64,000 nucleotides of DNA from Hemiscyllium ocellatum. Taxonomy: Eukaryota. The position numbers and the translations under genes were made by a program. The notes below the pieces were generated by a model that did not search any database, was not told where the DNA came from, and worked only from the letters and a program-made list of their open reading frames with translations. This document shows, piece by piece, positions 12,075 to 32,890 of this stretch (within the stretch, counting starts at the first letter, position 1; every line of letters starts with the position of its first letter). The stretch is from positions 62,001 to 126,000 of the forward strand of contig NW_026869311.1 in assembly GCF_020745735.1 (NCBI RefSeq), written 5' to 3'.

Positions 12075-14298
12075 GATAAGACCATAAGACATAGGAGTGT
12101 AAGTAAGGCCATTCGACCCATCGAGTCCACTCCGCCATTAAATCATGTCTGATGGGCATTTCAACTCCACTTGCCAGCATTCTTCCCGTAGCCCTTAATT
12201 CCTTGTGACATCAAGAATTTATCAATCTCTGCCTTGAAGACATTTAGTGTCCCAGCCTCCACTGTACTCTGTGGCAATGAATTCAACAGGCCCACCAGTC
12301 TCTGGCTGAAGAAATGTCTCCGCATTTCTGTTCTGAATTGACCCCCTCTAATTCTAAGGCTGTGCCCATGGGTCCTAGTCTCCTTGCCTAACGGAAACAA
12401 TTTCCTAGCGTCTACCCTTTCCAAGCCATGTATTATCTTATACGTTTCTATTTAATCTCCCCTTAGTCTTCTAAACTCCAATGAATACAATCCCAGGATC
12501 CTCAGCTGCTCCTTGTATGTTAGACCTACCATTCCAGAGATCATCCGTGTGAATCTCCGCTGGACACGCTCCAGTGCCAGTATGTCCTTCCTGAGGTGTG
12601 GGGATCAAAACTGGACACAGTACTCCAAATGGGGCCTAACCAGAGCTTTATAAAGTCTCAGTAGCACAACGGTGCTTTTATATTCCAACCCTCTTGAGAT
12701 AAATGACAACATTGCATTCGCTTTCTTAATCATGGACTCAACCTGCATGTTTACCTTCAGAGAATCCTCGACTAGCACTCCCAGATCCCTTTGTACTTTG
12801 GCTTTATGAATTTTCTCACCGTTTAGAAAGTAGTCTATGCTTTTATTCTTTTTTCCAGAGTGCAAGACCTCGCATTTGCTCACTTTGAATTCCATCAGCC
12901 ATTTCCTGGACCACTCTCCCAAACTGTCTAGATCCTTCTGCAGCCTCCCCACTTCCTCAGTACTACCTGCCTGTTCACCTAATTTCGTATCATCGGCAAA
13001 CATCGCTAGAATGCCCCAGTCCCTTCATCCAGATCAATAATATATAATGTGAACAGCTGCGGCCCCAACACTGAACCCTGCAGGACACCGCTTGTCACCG
13101 GTTGCCATTCCAAAAAAGAACCTTTTATCCCAACTCTCTGCCTTCTGTCAGACAGCCAATCCACAATTCATACCAGTAGCTCACCTTGAACACCATGGGC
13201 CCTCACCTTGCTCAGCAGCCTCCCGTGTGGCACCTTATCAAAGGCCTTTAGGAAGTCTAGATAGACCACATCCACTGGGTTTCCCTGGTCTAACCTACTT
13301 GTCACCTCTTCAAAGAATTCCAACAGGTTTGTCAGACACGACCTTCCCTAACTAAATCCATGTCGACTTGTTCTAATTAGACTCTGCTCTTCCAAGAATT
13401 TAGAAACCTCATCCTTAATGATGGATTCTAGAATTTTACCAACAACCAAGATTAGGCTAATTGGCCTATAATTTTCCATCTTTTGTCTTGAACCTTTCTT
13501 GCACAAGGGGGTTATGACAGCGATCTTCCAATCATCCGGGACTTTCCCTGACTCCAGTGACTTTTGAATGATCTCAACCAATGCCCCCGCTATTTCCTCA
13601 GCCACCTCTCTCAGAACTCTAGGATATGTCCATCGGGGCCAGAAGATATATCAATTTTAAGACCTTTTAGCTTTTCTAGCACTTTCTCTTTTGTAATGGC
13701 AACCATACTCAACTCAGCACCCAACTCCCTTTAATTGTTGGGATATTACTCATGTCTTCCACTGTGAAGACTGACACAAAGTACTTGTTAAGTTCTCCAG
13801 CTATTTCCTTATCTCCCATCACTAGGCTTCCAGCATCAGTTTGAAGTGGCCCAATGTCTACTTTTGCGTGTCAGTTGTTTCTTATGTATTTTACTATCAT
13901 TTCTAATATTACTGGCTAGCATACCTTCATATTTGATCCTTTCTTCCTTATTTCTCTCTTTGTTATCCTCTGTTTGTTTTTGTAGCCTTCCTAATCTTCT
14001 GATTTCCCACTACTCTTGGCCACTTTATAGGATCTCTCTTTTTCTTTAATACATTTCCTGACTTCCTTTGTCAGCCATCGCTGTCTAATCCCTCCCTGGA
14101 TAATCTTTCTTTTCTTGGGGATGAACCTCTGTACAGTGTCCTCAATTATACCCACAAACTCCTGCCATTTTTCCTCTACTGTCTTCCCCGCTAGGCTCTG
14201 CTTCCAGTCTATTTTTGTCAGTTCCTCTCATGCCCTCATAATTACCTTTATTTAACTGTAACACCATTACATCCAATTTTGCTTCTCCCTTTCAAACT
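12075..14298 (-). mobile_element. 5'-truncated CR1 LINE (second subfamily)
   Basis: Minus-strand RT ORF pieces (12161-12424, 12605-13003 with FADD, 13348-13605). Tail ctatgtcttatggtcttat. Empty site in the paralog at ~4425. Confidence 0.92.
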
Positions 14299-14551
14299 GT
14301 TATGGATGGGTTGAGATAGGATTTCAAGTTTGCATGAGACAACCAAGGATATGGAGATGAGGATTATCAGATCAGCGATACTCTCATTGGGTGGCAGACA
14401 GATCCAATGGGCTGAATAAGCTCCTTCTGCTCCTTTCCACAGGGAGTTACTGATGGCATGTAATGATTGTGAAAAGTGAGAATGGTGATGGGTGTGAAAA
14501 CAAAGATGCTGCAATGTTTTTGCATTTTTATTGTTTCACAAAGGCATTGAG

Positions 14552-14837
14552 AGGCACAGTGGCTCATTAGTTAGCACAGCTGCCTCTCAGCACCAGGGAC
14601 CCAAGATTCCACCCTCAAGCAACTGTCTGTGTGGAGTTTACACATTCTACCTGTGTCTGCGTGGGTTTCCTCTAGGTGCTCCAGTTTCCTCCCACAGTCC
14701 AGAGATGAGCAGGCTGCGGTGGATTGGCGATGGGAAATTGTCCATAGAGTCCAGGGGTGTGTAGGTAGCTGGGTTAGCCATGGGAAATGAGGGATCACAG
14801 AGATAAGGTAAGAAGGGGCGTATGGGAAAGATGCTTT
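14552..14837 (+). mobile_element. Older V-SINE (3' end continues at ~15203-15265)
   Basis: tRNA head and V core. Paralog of the SINE at 4815/9113. Confidence 0.8.
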
Positions 14838-15202
14838 TAGATTAGATTAGACTTACAGTGTGGAAACAGGCCCTTCGGCCCAACAAGTCCACACCGACCC
14901 ACTGAAGCGCAACCCACCCAGACCCCTACATTTACCCCTTACCTAACACTACGGGCAATTTAGCTTGGCCAATTCACCTGACCCGCACATCTTTGGACTG
15001 TGGGAGGAAACCGGAGCACCTGGAGGAAACCCACGCAGACACGGGGAGAACGTGCAAACTCCACACAGTCAGTCGCCTGAGTCGGGAATTGAACCCGGGT
15101 CTACAGGTCTACAGGCGCTGTGAGGCAGCAGTGCTAACCACTGTGCCACCGTGCCACCCTAACTGTGCCACTGTGCTGCCCCTACTGTGCCACTGTGCCG
15201 CC
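14838..15202 (-). mobile_element. Young V-SINE (HE1-like) nested in an older SINE
   Basis: Near-identical to 5538-5859. Absent at the paralogous site ~9298. Confidence 0.9.
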
Positions 15203-16898
15203 CTAAGGGTCACTGTGAATTCAATGGTCTGAATGGCTTACTTTCACACTGTCAGGATTCTAAGATGGATGACTGAAGATTGAGATTTTAATGAATCGTG
15301 TGGCATTTTTCAAACACGTGAGACCAACATAAACAATGGGTAATCACAACTGCAATAGCAACCAGGGTGGCACCCATTCAGAGGGGTAATGATACAACCA
15401 GATGGAGCAGAATGTATAAAGATTAAATCATTTGGCTACAATCAGTGTAGATTTACAAGTTGTTAGTTGTCACCCGATTGCTGCTAACAGAAACGGTTGG
15501 AGAATATTGTGGGGGCAAGGAGGGAATATTCAGCTCAATCATCTGGATTATTTCCTTAAATGTACTAGGAACTTTCTTTTTGGAATTCCTGGGGCAGAAT
15601 TCCTCTTCCTAATATCTGTACTGGACAAGAACTGAAGGATGTTATTTGATGAGCACTGTGCTCCTATATTAATTGGCTCCCTTGCAAAAGGAGACAGTAA
15701 TTATAGGTCAGATTTGATTGAGTGTAGCATGTTTTGGTGATTTGAATCCAGAGACCTTGCACTGAGCTCTGACTGACCAAGGAGGTCACACAAGTTCTCA
15801 GGAAGTCTATTCCAGTCAAGTGAGTTCACAACCAGCCCAGTCTGGAACTGTTGGAGAGGGTCCCTTTCCTACAAGCCCAGATGAGTCAGCAATTGTTCCT
15901 GTACAAAGCAGCATTGTCTGCTATGAAGACAGCCTCTTACAGAAGTTGCAGATCAGTAACATTATGACTACACTGATGCATCTCAAAAGGGAAAGCATCT
16001 TTTCCATGCCACCCACTTTTTAAAATTAATCTACTCCCATTTGGGATATATGTCACCATACTTATCCAATCCATGTAATTATTGGACAGTTATCTTTCCC
16101 TCCACTACTATCTCTAAGCAGTCCAGTCCAGAGACTGCACCCTCCAGTCTCTGCATCTCTCCCTCTAAAACGTATGCCCTGTCATTTTAGCTTCCCCTAC
16201 TGAGGGGGAGAAGACTCCCTCAATTTCACTCCTATAGAACACTGGAGGGATTGCACGTATTCTGCAAAATGCAGAAACTGCTAACAGAGTCAGAGTCAAC
16301 ACTGGAAAAGCAATGAAGACATTTGAGCTTTGCACAATGCTCCAAAGACAGATTGGACATAAGCAAGTAGTTCTATGGAGGGCATTCCCAATGAATTAGG
16401 AACAGCAGTGGGACTGGTCTTAGTCCAGACTTGCCAGGAAGCCAGTGTTGCCAAACTCCCTCAAAAAAAACCTACATGGAATAAATCTGATCACTTGTGC
16501 CATGACTACATTTATGGCCAGTCCTCCTGTTTGGAGGAGAGGAGATTTATAAGCCCAGTGTCTGTTCTTCTCAACATGTCTCAGCCAATGGCTAATATTA
16601 CACCCTCCCAAGAGGGAGGATTCAAACTGGATTGAAGCCACCTGAATAGCAAGCTCTCAGGATAAACTGTTCCTTTTTATTGTGGTAATGGGTTTTCCAC
16701 AACAGGTTACATCTCATCATATCTCTTCACAACTGAGACATTCATCCAAACAAGTAAACAAAGTACAATATTGAGCAGTTTATTTAAACTTGGCATTTTC
16801 ACAATAGAGGGCTGGTCACTTTTGAAAGGAAAGTGACCTTACTCTGCACATCTCCAATTAATACCAAAAAGTTACACAGCTTGCTCCCTGCAGTCAGT

Positions 16899-19581
<2,683 letters not shown>

Positions 19582-19805
19582 CTTCACTATTCCTACTCAC
19601 TATCACTAAAACTAAATTTATTTCCCCCACTAGTTGTTGTATTTATCCTCCTGGGACATCCTGCACTCAACCAGGGCGTGGCAGCACCAATCATGATTGA
19701 CAATCCCTGACAGCCGCTCAAGAATTTCCAATAATCCAGGCACCAATGAACACAACAGGGAGGACTGTGAGGGAGGAGCTGAGACCCAGAACCAATCAGA
19801 GATCT
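19582..19805 (-). promoter_or_regulatory. Ferritin core promoter/5' UTR, copy 3
   Basis: GGATAAATA box plus CCAAT cluster homologous to copy 1. Confidence 0.65.
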
Positions 19806-20063
19806 GGAAGATAGACAGGTTTGAGAGATGAAATTTAATGATATCATTGCTCTTGGAGTAATAGATTCTGTGCACACTCCAAACTAGCTGGATGTGACTG
19901 AATGACAAATGAAGTCTCTTGTCATTGGAAACACAATATTCACCTTCTCTCCACCTTTTCCAAACATATGAATGTGTCCCAGAATTTTACCTGACAAATT
20001 AAATGCTAAGGTTTTATTTTTGCTAGCTTCAAAATGGACCAAATTTCAAATGTTCATTCATTA

Positions 20064-20845
20064 ATGGGACATGGGCATCGCGAGCTTGGCCAACATTTAT
20101 TGCCTGTCCCTGGTTGCCCTTCTGTAGGTGATGGTGAACTGCCTTCTTGAACCGAAGCAGTCAATTGACTTAGCTCCACCCACAGGACTGTTAGGGAGGG
20201 GGATCCAGGACTTTGACCCAGTGACACTGAAGAAACGCCAATGTATTTCCAAGTCAGGATGGTGAGTGACTTGGAGGGACCTTCCTTGTCCTTGTATATG
20301 GTATCGGTCGTGTGTTTGGAAGGTGCAGACTCAGGTCCCGGAGAGAATTACTCTCGTACATCTGGTGGATAGTACACACAGCTGCCACTGAGTGTCAGTG
20401 GAAGGGGGAGTGAATATTTGTGGATGTGGTGCCAATCAAGTGGGCTGCTTTGACCTGGGTGGTGTTGAGCTTCTTGTATGTTGCTGGAGGTGTACTCATT
20501 CAGGGAATTAGGGAATATTGCATCTCACTCCTGAGTTGTGTTTTGAAGGTGGGAGACAGGCTGTTGGGAGTCAGAGATTGGTTACTTGTTGCAGGATCCT
20601 TAGCCTCACTGAATTTATCTGACCAGTCCCGTTCATATTCTGGTCAATGGTAATCCCAGGATATTGATAGTGGGGTATTCAGCCATGGTAATGTTATTGA
20701 ATGTCATGGGGTAATGGTTAGATTCTCCTTTGGTGGAGGTGGCTGTTGCCTGGTACTTGTATGGCTCAAATATAAATTGTCAATTGTCAGCCCAAACCTG
20801 GATATTGTCCAATCCTTACCATATATGGACATGGACCACTTCACT
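20064..20845 (-). mobile_element. Degraded LINE-derived repeat, duplicated with the spacer (also ~26200-26980, ~33150-33870)
   Basis: Begins gggacatgggcatcg...ggccaacatttattgcctgtccct, a repeat end also seen at ~155 and, inverted, at ~48540-48575. Clade not resolved. Confidence 0.45.
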
Positions 20846-21706
20846 TAATGAGAAATTATAAGCTACTTTGTAAAAGCAGTTGAGAAATAAAACCAGAACA
20901 TGCTGGAGAGTCTCCGTGTGTCTGGCCGAATCTGTGGGAGGAAGCATAGAGTTAATGTTGTGTCCAATGACTGAGTCAAAATGTGACTCAAATTATTAAC
21001 TCTGTTTCTCTCTCCAAAGAGGCCGGCAGCTCTGCTGAGATTCTTCAGCAATTTCTGCTGTGGTTCCAGATTTCCATTTTCTGCAGCATTTTGCTTTTTG
21101 TTTTATTGAAGTGGTTGAAGTCCAAGGTGAGGTGGAGATGTGTTCCCTTTGATTAACTTCAATGTGAGATAGGCCTGACAGAGTGGCTTTGATTCCCATC
21201 TGGAGCCACCAATAACATCATGAGAAGCCTCTTGTGAAAGTTTCCTGTGGGCACAGTTGATGTGTCTGACCAGAAACTGTATTCATGTATTTTTGCTCAT
21301 TCTGGTCAAACACGATCCAACACACATTGATATCCAGCGGTCACAAAGACCTTATACAAATGGATGGACATCACATGGTCACTCAATTGTTACCAGAGAC
21401 TTTGAAAAATGCCTTTGGATACTGCCTCTGGGGATAACTATTGACTGATCCTTTAGCTAAGATTACATTGAATTTAGTATCCCTAATATATTCGGGAGCA
21501 GGGATGGGGATAGATTCAAAACAAAATCAAGGTGGTGAACAACAAACTCCTACAGATGATTTTCTTCACAATGACAGATGAAATAGGACTATAAATACCT
21601 TAGTGAGTTACAAGGACATTAATATATTGTTTCATTGCTGTTCCCATCAAATTCCTAACATACTATTCTATGGGATGTGGGTAATGGCCAGGCCAGCATT
21701 TACCCC

Positions 21707-21742
21707 ATTCCTGAAGAAGGGCTCATGCTCGAAATGTCGAAT
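21707..21742 (+). ncRNA. Minimal type-I hammerhead ribozyme motif
   Basis: AUUC-CUGAAGA-A-GGGC-UCAU-GCUC-GAAA-UGUC-GAAU: core CUGANGA/GAAA/UH, stem I AUUC:GAAU, stem II GGGC:GCUC. Confidence 0.55.
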
Positions 21743-21836
21743 CTCCTGCTCCTTGGATGCTGTCTGACCTGCTGCGCTTTTCCAGCAACACATTTTCAGC
21801 TCTGATCTCCAGCATCTGCAGTCCTCACTTTCTCCT
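21709..21836 (+). mobile_element. Penelope-like 3' fragment with a minimal hammerhead motif (also 27849-27966)
   Basis: ccccat target duplication. Absent from the paralogous sites at ~190 and ~34740. Confidence 0.7.
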
Positions 21837-21985
21837 CCCCATCCCTAGAGCCAATCATATTGCTGTAGGTGAGTCTGGAGTCCCGTGTAGGCCAGCTCAG
21901 GTAAGGACAGCAGATTTCTTTCCCTGAAGAGCATTTGTGAACCAGGTCGGGATTCTCCCTGACAACGGACAACAGCTTCATGGTC

Positions 21986-22233
21986 CGAGAACGTGGTGCT
22001 GGAAAAGCACAGCAGGTCAGGCAGCATCCAAGGAGCAGGGGAATTGATGTTTGGGGTATGAGCCCTCCATCAGGATGAAAGGCTGATATCCGAAATGTTG
22101 ACTCCAGGGCTGATGGGCCTATACTGTGCTGTAACGTTCTCCTGCTCCTCAGATGCTACCTGACCTGCTGTGCTTTTCCAGCACCACACCTTTTGACTCT
22201 GATCCCGAGCATCTGCATTCCTGACTTTCTCCT
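21986..22233. mobile_element. Penelope-like fold-back element (paralog of 336-583)
   Basis: Same arms and flanking duplication. Confidence 0.7.
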
Positions 22234-23664
22234 AGTAGCTTCATGGTCCTCTGTAGACGGGATTCCAGATTTTAATTGAATATAAATTCCAGCAGCTGCA
22301 ATGGCTGGATTTGAACATGCCCATACTCCCACCCTGGTCTCATGCTGAGGATTAGGTCATCACCTTCACTGTCTTAGACAGCGGCTAACTGCCGTCAGCA
22401 TCTCTATCCACGTGTACAGGATGGTGAAAGAAATGGAGATAAGCAGAAGGTGGAAGGTACATATGGCGATGAAGTACTACAAAGCACCTAAATACAGCGG
22501 TAACGTCATGGGAAACCCTTACTATTGGTTTGCCAAACTGACTGAAGAAAAAAATACTTGGATGTGGAGGAGGGTGAAGGTGAAGCATTTACTTCAGTCC
22601 ATGTTGAATTCACAATGCCCTATCTAAATTGGTTAATGGGGCACTGTTCCACTCCTGCCAATATCTTAACCTGGCGGATATTGAGGAGTACCTGTCTAGA
22701 TTATAGAGAGCCTTAAAAGAGCAGGAATTTATTTCAAATAGTGAACATTATGGCCGTGTTCAGCATTGTCCAAGCATCCACTCTTGCAGGTCCTCACTGT
22801 GTAGGGTTAAACTTCCCCAGTGAGTCTAATGCAGTAATTGTGGATTGGAGAGAGGGCCTAGGGCCATATGTTAAGACTACTGTGACATTCCACAGATTCA
22901 CCACATTTTCAGGTTACCTAAACCAGGAAAGCTTTGATGTAGACAAAAAATTCCAACCTTGCAGCTTAGACCATAATATTGACAGGACAGTATCCTCACC
23001 ACTTCAAGCAGAGCTTAACGAGCTCTGGAGATAAGCCTCCAGGCTTTGCTTCCAAGAAAACCAGCAAGTTTAATACAGGCGTGATTTCAGAGAGAACTGA
23101 CTGTGAAACTTGCTCTAATTTAAGCTGCAAGGAGTGGGGAAGTTGGTTATGGATTTAAAAAACCAAAACAGCTGAGGTTTTGATCTAACTGGTGATGTTA
23201 GATAGTGTTAGGAAAGTTATTGCTAGTGGCACTGGCCCTTACAAACCTCTTCCTGAGCAGCTTTGTGCAAAACTCCTCTTGAAGATCAGAATGTGGTAGA
23301 GTGCCCATCTCCCACTGTACTGGGGAAAACATTTACTCCATAAACCCAGCTCTGTACTTGGTCTTATACCCACCTCACATACTATTTGCTGTTGGGGTGG
23401 GAGGGGGCTGGAACTCAAATTGAGACAGGGATTAGCTAGTGATCTGGATCAAGAGATCCTCTGACAGCAAGTCCCAGCACAGACCTGTACACACAGTTTG
23501 ACCCAGTAGTCAAACACACACCAATCCAACAATAAGCAGTTTATTTACAGTTGGTACATTCCATGACCAAGCCCAGGACAGTGAGCTACTTCTACAAGCT
23601 TCAGTTTCTATAGATCTCATGCATAGAATACAAAAAAAATGAAGGCTTGCTCCCTACAGTCAGT

Positions 23665-25737
<2,073 letters not shown>

Positions 25738-25955
25738 CTTCACTATCACCTAGATAACTCTAGAACTAAACTTCACTCCCACTAGTTGTATTTATCCTCC
25801 TGGGACACCCTGCACTCAACCAGGGCGCGGCAGCACCAATCATGATTGACAATCCCTGACAGCCAATCAGGAATTTCCAATCAATCCAGGCACCAATGAA
25901 CACAACAGGGAGGACTGTAAGGGAAGAGCAGGGACCCAGAGCCAATCAGAGATCT
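25738..25955 (-). promoter_or_regulatory. Ferritin core promoter/5' UTR, copy 4
   Basis: GGATAAATA box, TGATTGACA and several CCAAT boxes. 5' UTR shortened by a deletion between CACTAT repeats. Confidence 0.65.
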
Positions 25956-28115
25956 GGAAGATAGACAGGTTTGAGAGATGAATTTTAATGATATCATTAC
26001 TTATGGAGTAACAGATTATGTGCACACTCCAAACTAGCTGGATGTGATTGAATGACAAATGAAGGCTCTTATGATTGGAAACACAATATTAACTTTCATT
26101 CCACCTTTTCTAAACATTTCAATGTGTTCCCACAAATTAAATACTAAGTATTTATTTTTGTTGGCTTCAAAATTGACCAAATTTCAAATGTTCATTCATT
26201 AATGGGACATGGGCATCGCGAGCTTGTCCAACATTTATTGCCTGTCCCTGGTTGCCCTTCTGTAGATGATGTTGAACTGCCTTCTTGAAACAAAGCAGCC
26301 AATTGACTTAGCTACACCCACAGGACTGTTAGGGAGGGGCTTCCAGGACTTTGACCCAGTGACACTGAAGAAACGCCAATGTATTTCCAAGTCAGGATGA
26401 TGAGTGACTTGGAGGGATCTTCCTTGTCCTTATAAATGGTATCGGTCGTGTGTTTGGAAGGTGCAGACTCAGGTCCCGGAGAGAATTACTCTCGTACATC
26501 TTGTGGATAGTACACACAGCTGCCACTGAGTGTCAGTGGAAGAGGGAGTGAATATTTGTGAATGTGGTGCCAATCAAGTGGGCTGCTTTGTCCTGGGTGG
26601 TGTTGAGCTTCTTGTATGTTGTTGGAGATGTGCTCATTCAGGTAAGTAGGGAGTATTCCATCTCACTCCTGAGTTGTGTTTTGAAGGTGGGAGACAGGCT
26701 GTTGGGAGTCAGAGATTGGTTACTTGCTGCAGGATCCCTAGCTTCACTGAATTTATCTGACCAGTCCCGTTCATATTCTGGTCAATGGTAATCCCAGGAT
26801 ATTGATAGTGGGGTATTCAGTCATGGTAATGTTATTGAATGTCATGGGGTAATGGTTAGATTCTCCTTTGGTGGAGGTGGCCATTGCCTGGTACTTGTAT
26901 GACTCAAATATAAATTGTCAATTGTCAGCCCAAACCTGGATATCGTCCAATCCTTACCATATATGGCCATTGACCGTTTCACTTTATGAGAAATTAAGCT
27001 ACTTTGTAAAAGCAGTTGAGAAATAAAACCAGAACATGCTGGAGAGTCTCCGTGGATCTGGCAGAATCTGTGGGAGGAAGCATAGAGTTAATGTTGAGTC
27101 CAATGACTGAGTCAAAATGTGACTCAAATTATTAACTCTGTTTCTCTCTCCAAAGAGGCTGGCAGCTCTGCTGAGATTCTTCAGCAATTTCTGCTGTGGT
27201 TCCAGATTTCCATTTTCTGCAGGATTTTGCTTTTTGTTTTATCGAAGTGGTTGAAGTCCAAGGTGAGGTGGAGATGTGGTCCCTTTGATTAACCTCAGTG
27301 TTAGATAGGCCTGACAGAGTGGCTTTGATTCACATCTGGAGCCACCAATAACATCTCACTGAGAAGCCTCTTGTGAAAGATGCCTGTGGGCACAGTTGGT
27401 CTGTCTGACCAGAAACTGTATTCATGTATTTACACACATTCTGGTCAAAAACAATCCAACATGCATTGGTATGCAGCGGTCACAAAGACCTTATCCAAAT
27501 GGATGGACATCACATGGTCACTCAATGATCACCAGAGACTTTGAAAAATGCCTTTGGGCATTGGCTCTGGGGGTAACTATTGACTGATCCTGTATCTAAG
27601 ATTACATTGAATTTAGTATCCCTAATTTATTTGGGAGCAGGGATGGGGATAGATTCAAAACAAAATCAAGGTGGTGATAAACAAACTCGTACAGATGATT
27701 TTCTTCACAATGACAGATGAAATAGGACTATAAATATCTTTGTGAGTTACAAGGACCAAAATATCTAACTTCATTACCATTCCCATCAAATTCCTAACAT
27801 TCTATTCTATAGGATGTGGGTAATGACCAGGCCAGCATTTACCCCATTCCTGAAGAAGGGCTCATGCCCGAACCATCGAATCTCCTGCTCCTTGGATGCT
27901 GCCTGACCTGCTGCGCTTTTCCAGCTACACATTTTCAGCTCTGATCTCCAGTCGTCACTTTCTCCTCCCCATCCCTAGAGCCAATCATATTGCTGTAGGT
28001 GAGTCTGGAGTCCCGTGTAGGCCAGCTCAGGTAAGGACAGCAGATTTCTTTCCCTGAAGAGCATTTGTGAACCAGGTTGGGATTCTCCCTGACAATGGAC
28101 AACAGCTTCGTGGTC

Positions 28116-28369
28116 ACAGAATGTGGTGTTGGAAAAGCACAGCAGGTCAGGCAGCATCTGAGGAGCAGGGAAAAAAAAAATTTGATGTTTGGAGTAGGAG
28201 CCCTCCATCTGGATGAAAGGCTGATACCCGAAATGTCAACCAGGGCCGATGGGCCTATACTGTGCTGTAATGTTTTCCTGCTCCTCAGATGCTGCCTGAC
28301 CTGCTGTGCTTTTCTAGCACCACACTTTTTGACTCTGAGCCCCCACATCTACATTCTTCACTTTCTCCT
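28116..28369. mobile_element. Penelope-like fold-back element (paralog of 336-583)
   Basis: Same arms and flanking duplication. Confidence 0.7.
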
Positions 28370-29790
28370 AACAGCTCCATAGTCCTCTTTAGATTGTATT
28401 CAATAAAGATCTGGAATCCTAACTGCACCAGCTGCAATGGCTGGATTTGAAACACACCCCCAGCCCACCAGGTCTCGTGCTAATGGCACTAGTTCATTAC
28501 CTTTACTGCCTTAGACACTGAATAACTGCAGTCAGCATTTTAATCCATGTATACACGATGAAAGAAATGGAGATAGGTGGAAGGTACATCTTGTGATCAA
28601 GTATTGCAAAGCACCTAAATAGAAAGGTAACATGATGGGAAACACCTACTATTGGCTTGCCAAACTGACTGAAGAGAAAATATTTGGATGTGGAGGAGGG
28701 TAAAGGTGAAGCATTTACCTCTGAATTTGCTCAATGTCTCGCCTAAATGGGTTAATGGAGCACAGTTCCACAGATTCCTCTCCTACCACCATGTTAACCT
28801 GGTGGATGTTGAACGTTACCTGTCTATGTTCTAAAGAGATTTAGAAAGAGTTTGTTTGAAATAAAAGAACCTTATGGTAGAGTTGAGCATTATCTAAATG
28901 CTGTCAGCCTTGGACATTTTGAATGTAGTTCTTCACTGACTGTGCGCAGGGTTAAACTTCCCCAGTGAGTCAGGTCCTAGGTCTACCACTTAAGACTACT
29001 GTGACATTCTATGGATTCACCAAGCTTTCCGGTTCCTCTCTAGATTTGGGATTACTGAAACTAGATGGTCCACTTTAGAACCTAAACAAATTCCAACCTT
29101 ACAGGTTAGACCATAAAATTGGCAGGACGGTATCCTCAACACTTCTCACAGCTTAATGAGCTACATAGATAAGCAAAGGCTAGAGGCTGAAAAGAAAAAT
29201 CAGCAAGTTTAATACAGGTGTAACTTCAGAGAGAAAAAAACCTTACTCTGAAATTTGCTCTAATTTAGTAATGCAAAGAGTGGAAAAGCTGGTTTTGGAT
29301 TTAAAAACCACAACAGCTGAGGTTGTGATCTAACTGATGGTTGGATGGTGTTAGGAAAGTTACCAGTGGCCCTGACCTTTGCACGAAACTGTTCAGGAAG
29401 AAGTTTGTAAAACTCCTCTTGAAGATCAGAATGTGGTAGAGTGCCCATCCCCCACTGTACTGGAGAAACATTTACTCCATAAACCCAGCTCTGTACCTAG
29501 CCTTACACCCACCTCACATACTATTTGCTGTTGGGGTGGGAGTGGAACTCTGATTGGGACAGGGATAAACGAGTGATCTGGATCAAGAGATCCTCTGACA
29601 GCAAGTCCCAGCACAGACCTGTATACACAGTTTGACCCAGTAGTCAAACACAAACCAATCCAACAATGAGCAGTTTATTTACAGCTGGTACATTCCATCA
29701 AGCCCAGGACAGTGAGTTACTTCTACAAGCTTCAGTTTCTATAGATCTCATGCATAGAATAAAAAAGACGACTTCCTCCCTGCAGTCAGT

Positions 29791-32667
<2,877 letters not shown>

Positions 32668-32890
32668 CTTCACTATTCCTACTCACTATCACTAAAACTA
32701 AATTTATTTACCCCACGAGTTGTTGTATTTATCCTACTGGGACACCCTGCACTCAACCAGGGCGTGGCAGCACCAATCAAGATTGACAATCCCTGACAGC
32801 CGCTCAGGAATTTCCAATCAATCCAGGCACCAATGAACACAACAGGGAGGACTGTGAGGGAGGAGCTGAGACCCAGAGCCAATCAGAGGT
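32668..32890 (-). promoter_or_regulatory. Ferritin core promoter/5' UTR, copy 5
   Basis: Homologous to copy 3 promoter. Confidence 0.65.

Noticed and set aside
15125-15202. Short repeats as a CRISPR-like array or tRNA gene
   Set aside because: Irregular reiteration of a SINE tRNA-derived head in eukaryotic DNA, with no spacers or full cloverleaf.
20420-21448. Short ORFs recurring in each spacer as a co-amplified partner gene
   Set aside because: They lie in decayed repeats, mostly start at non-ATG codons, have no splice structure, and their conservation matches that of the surrounding spacer.
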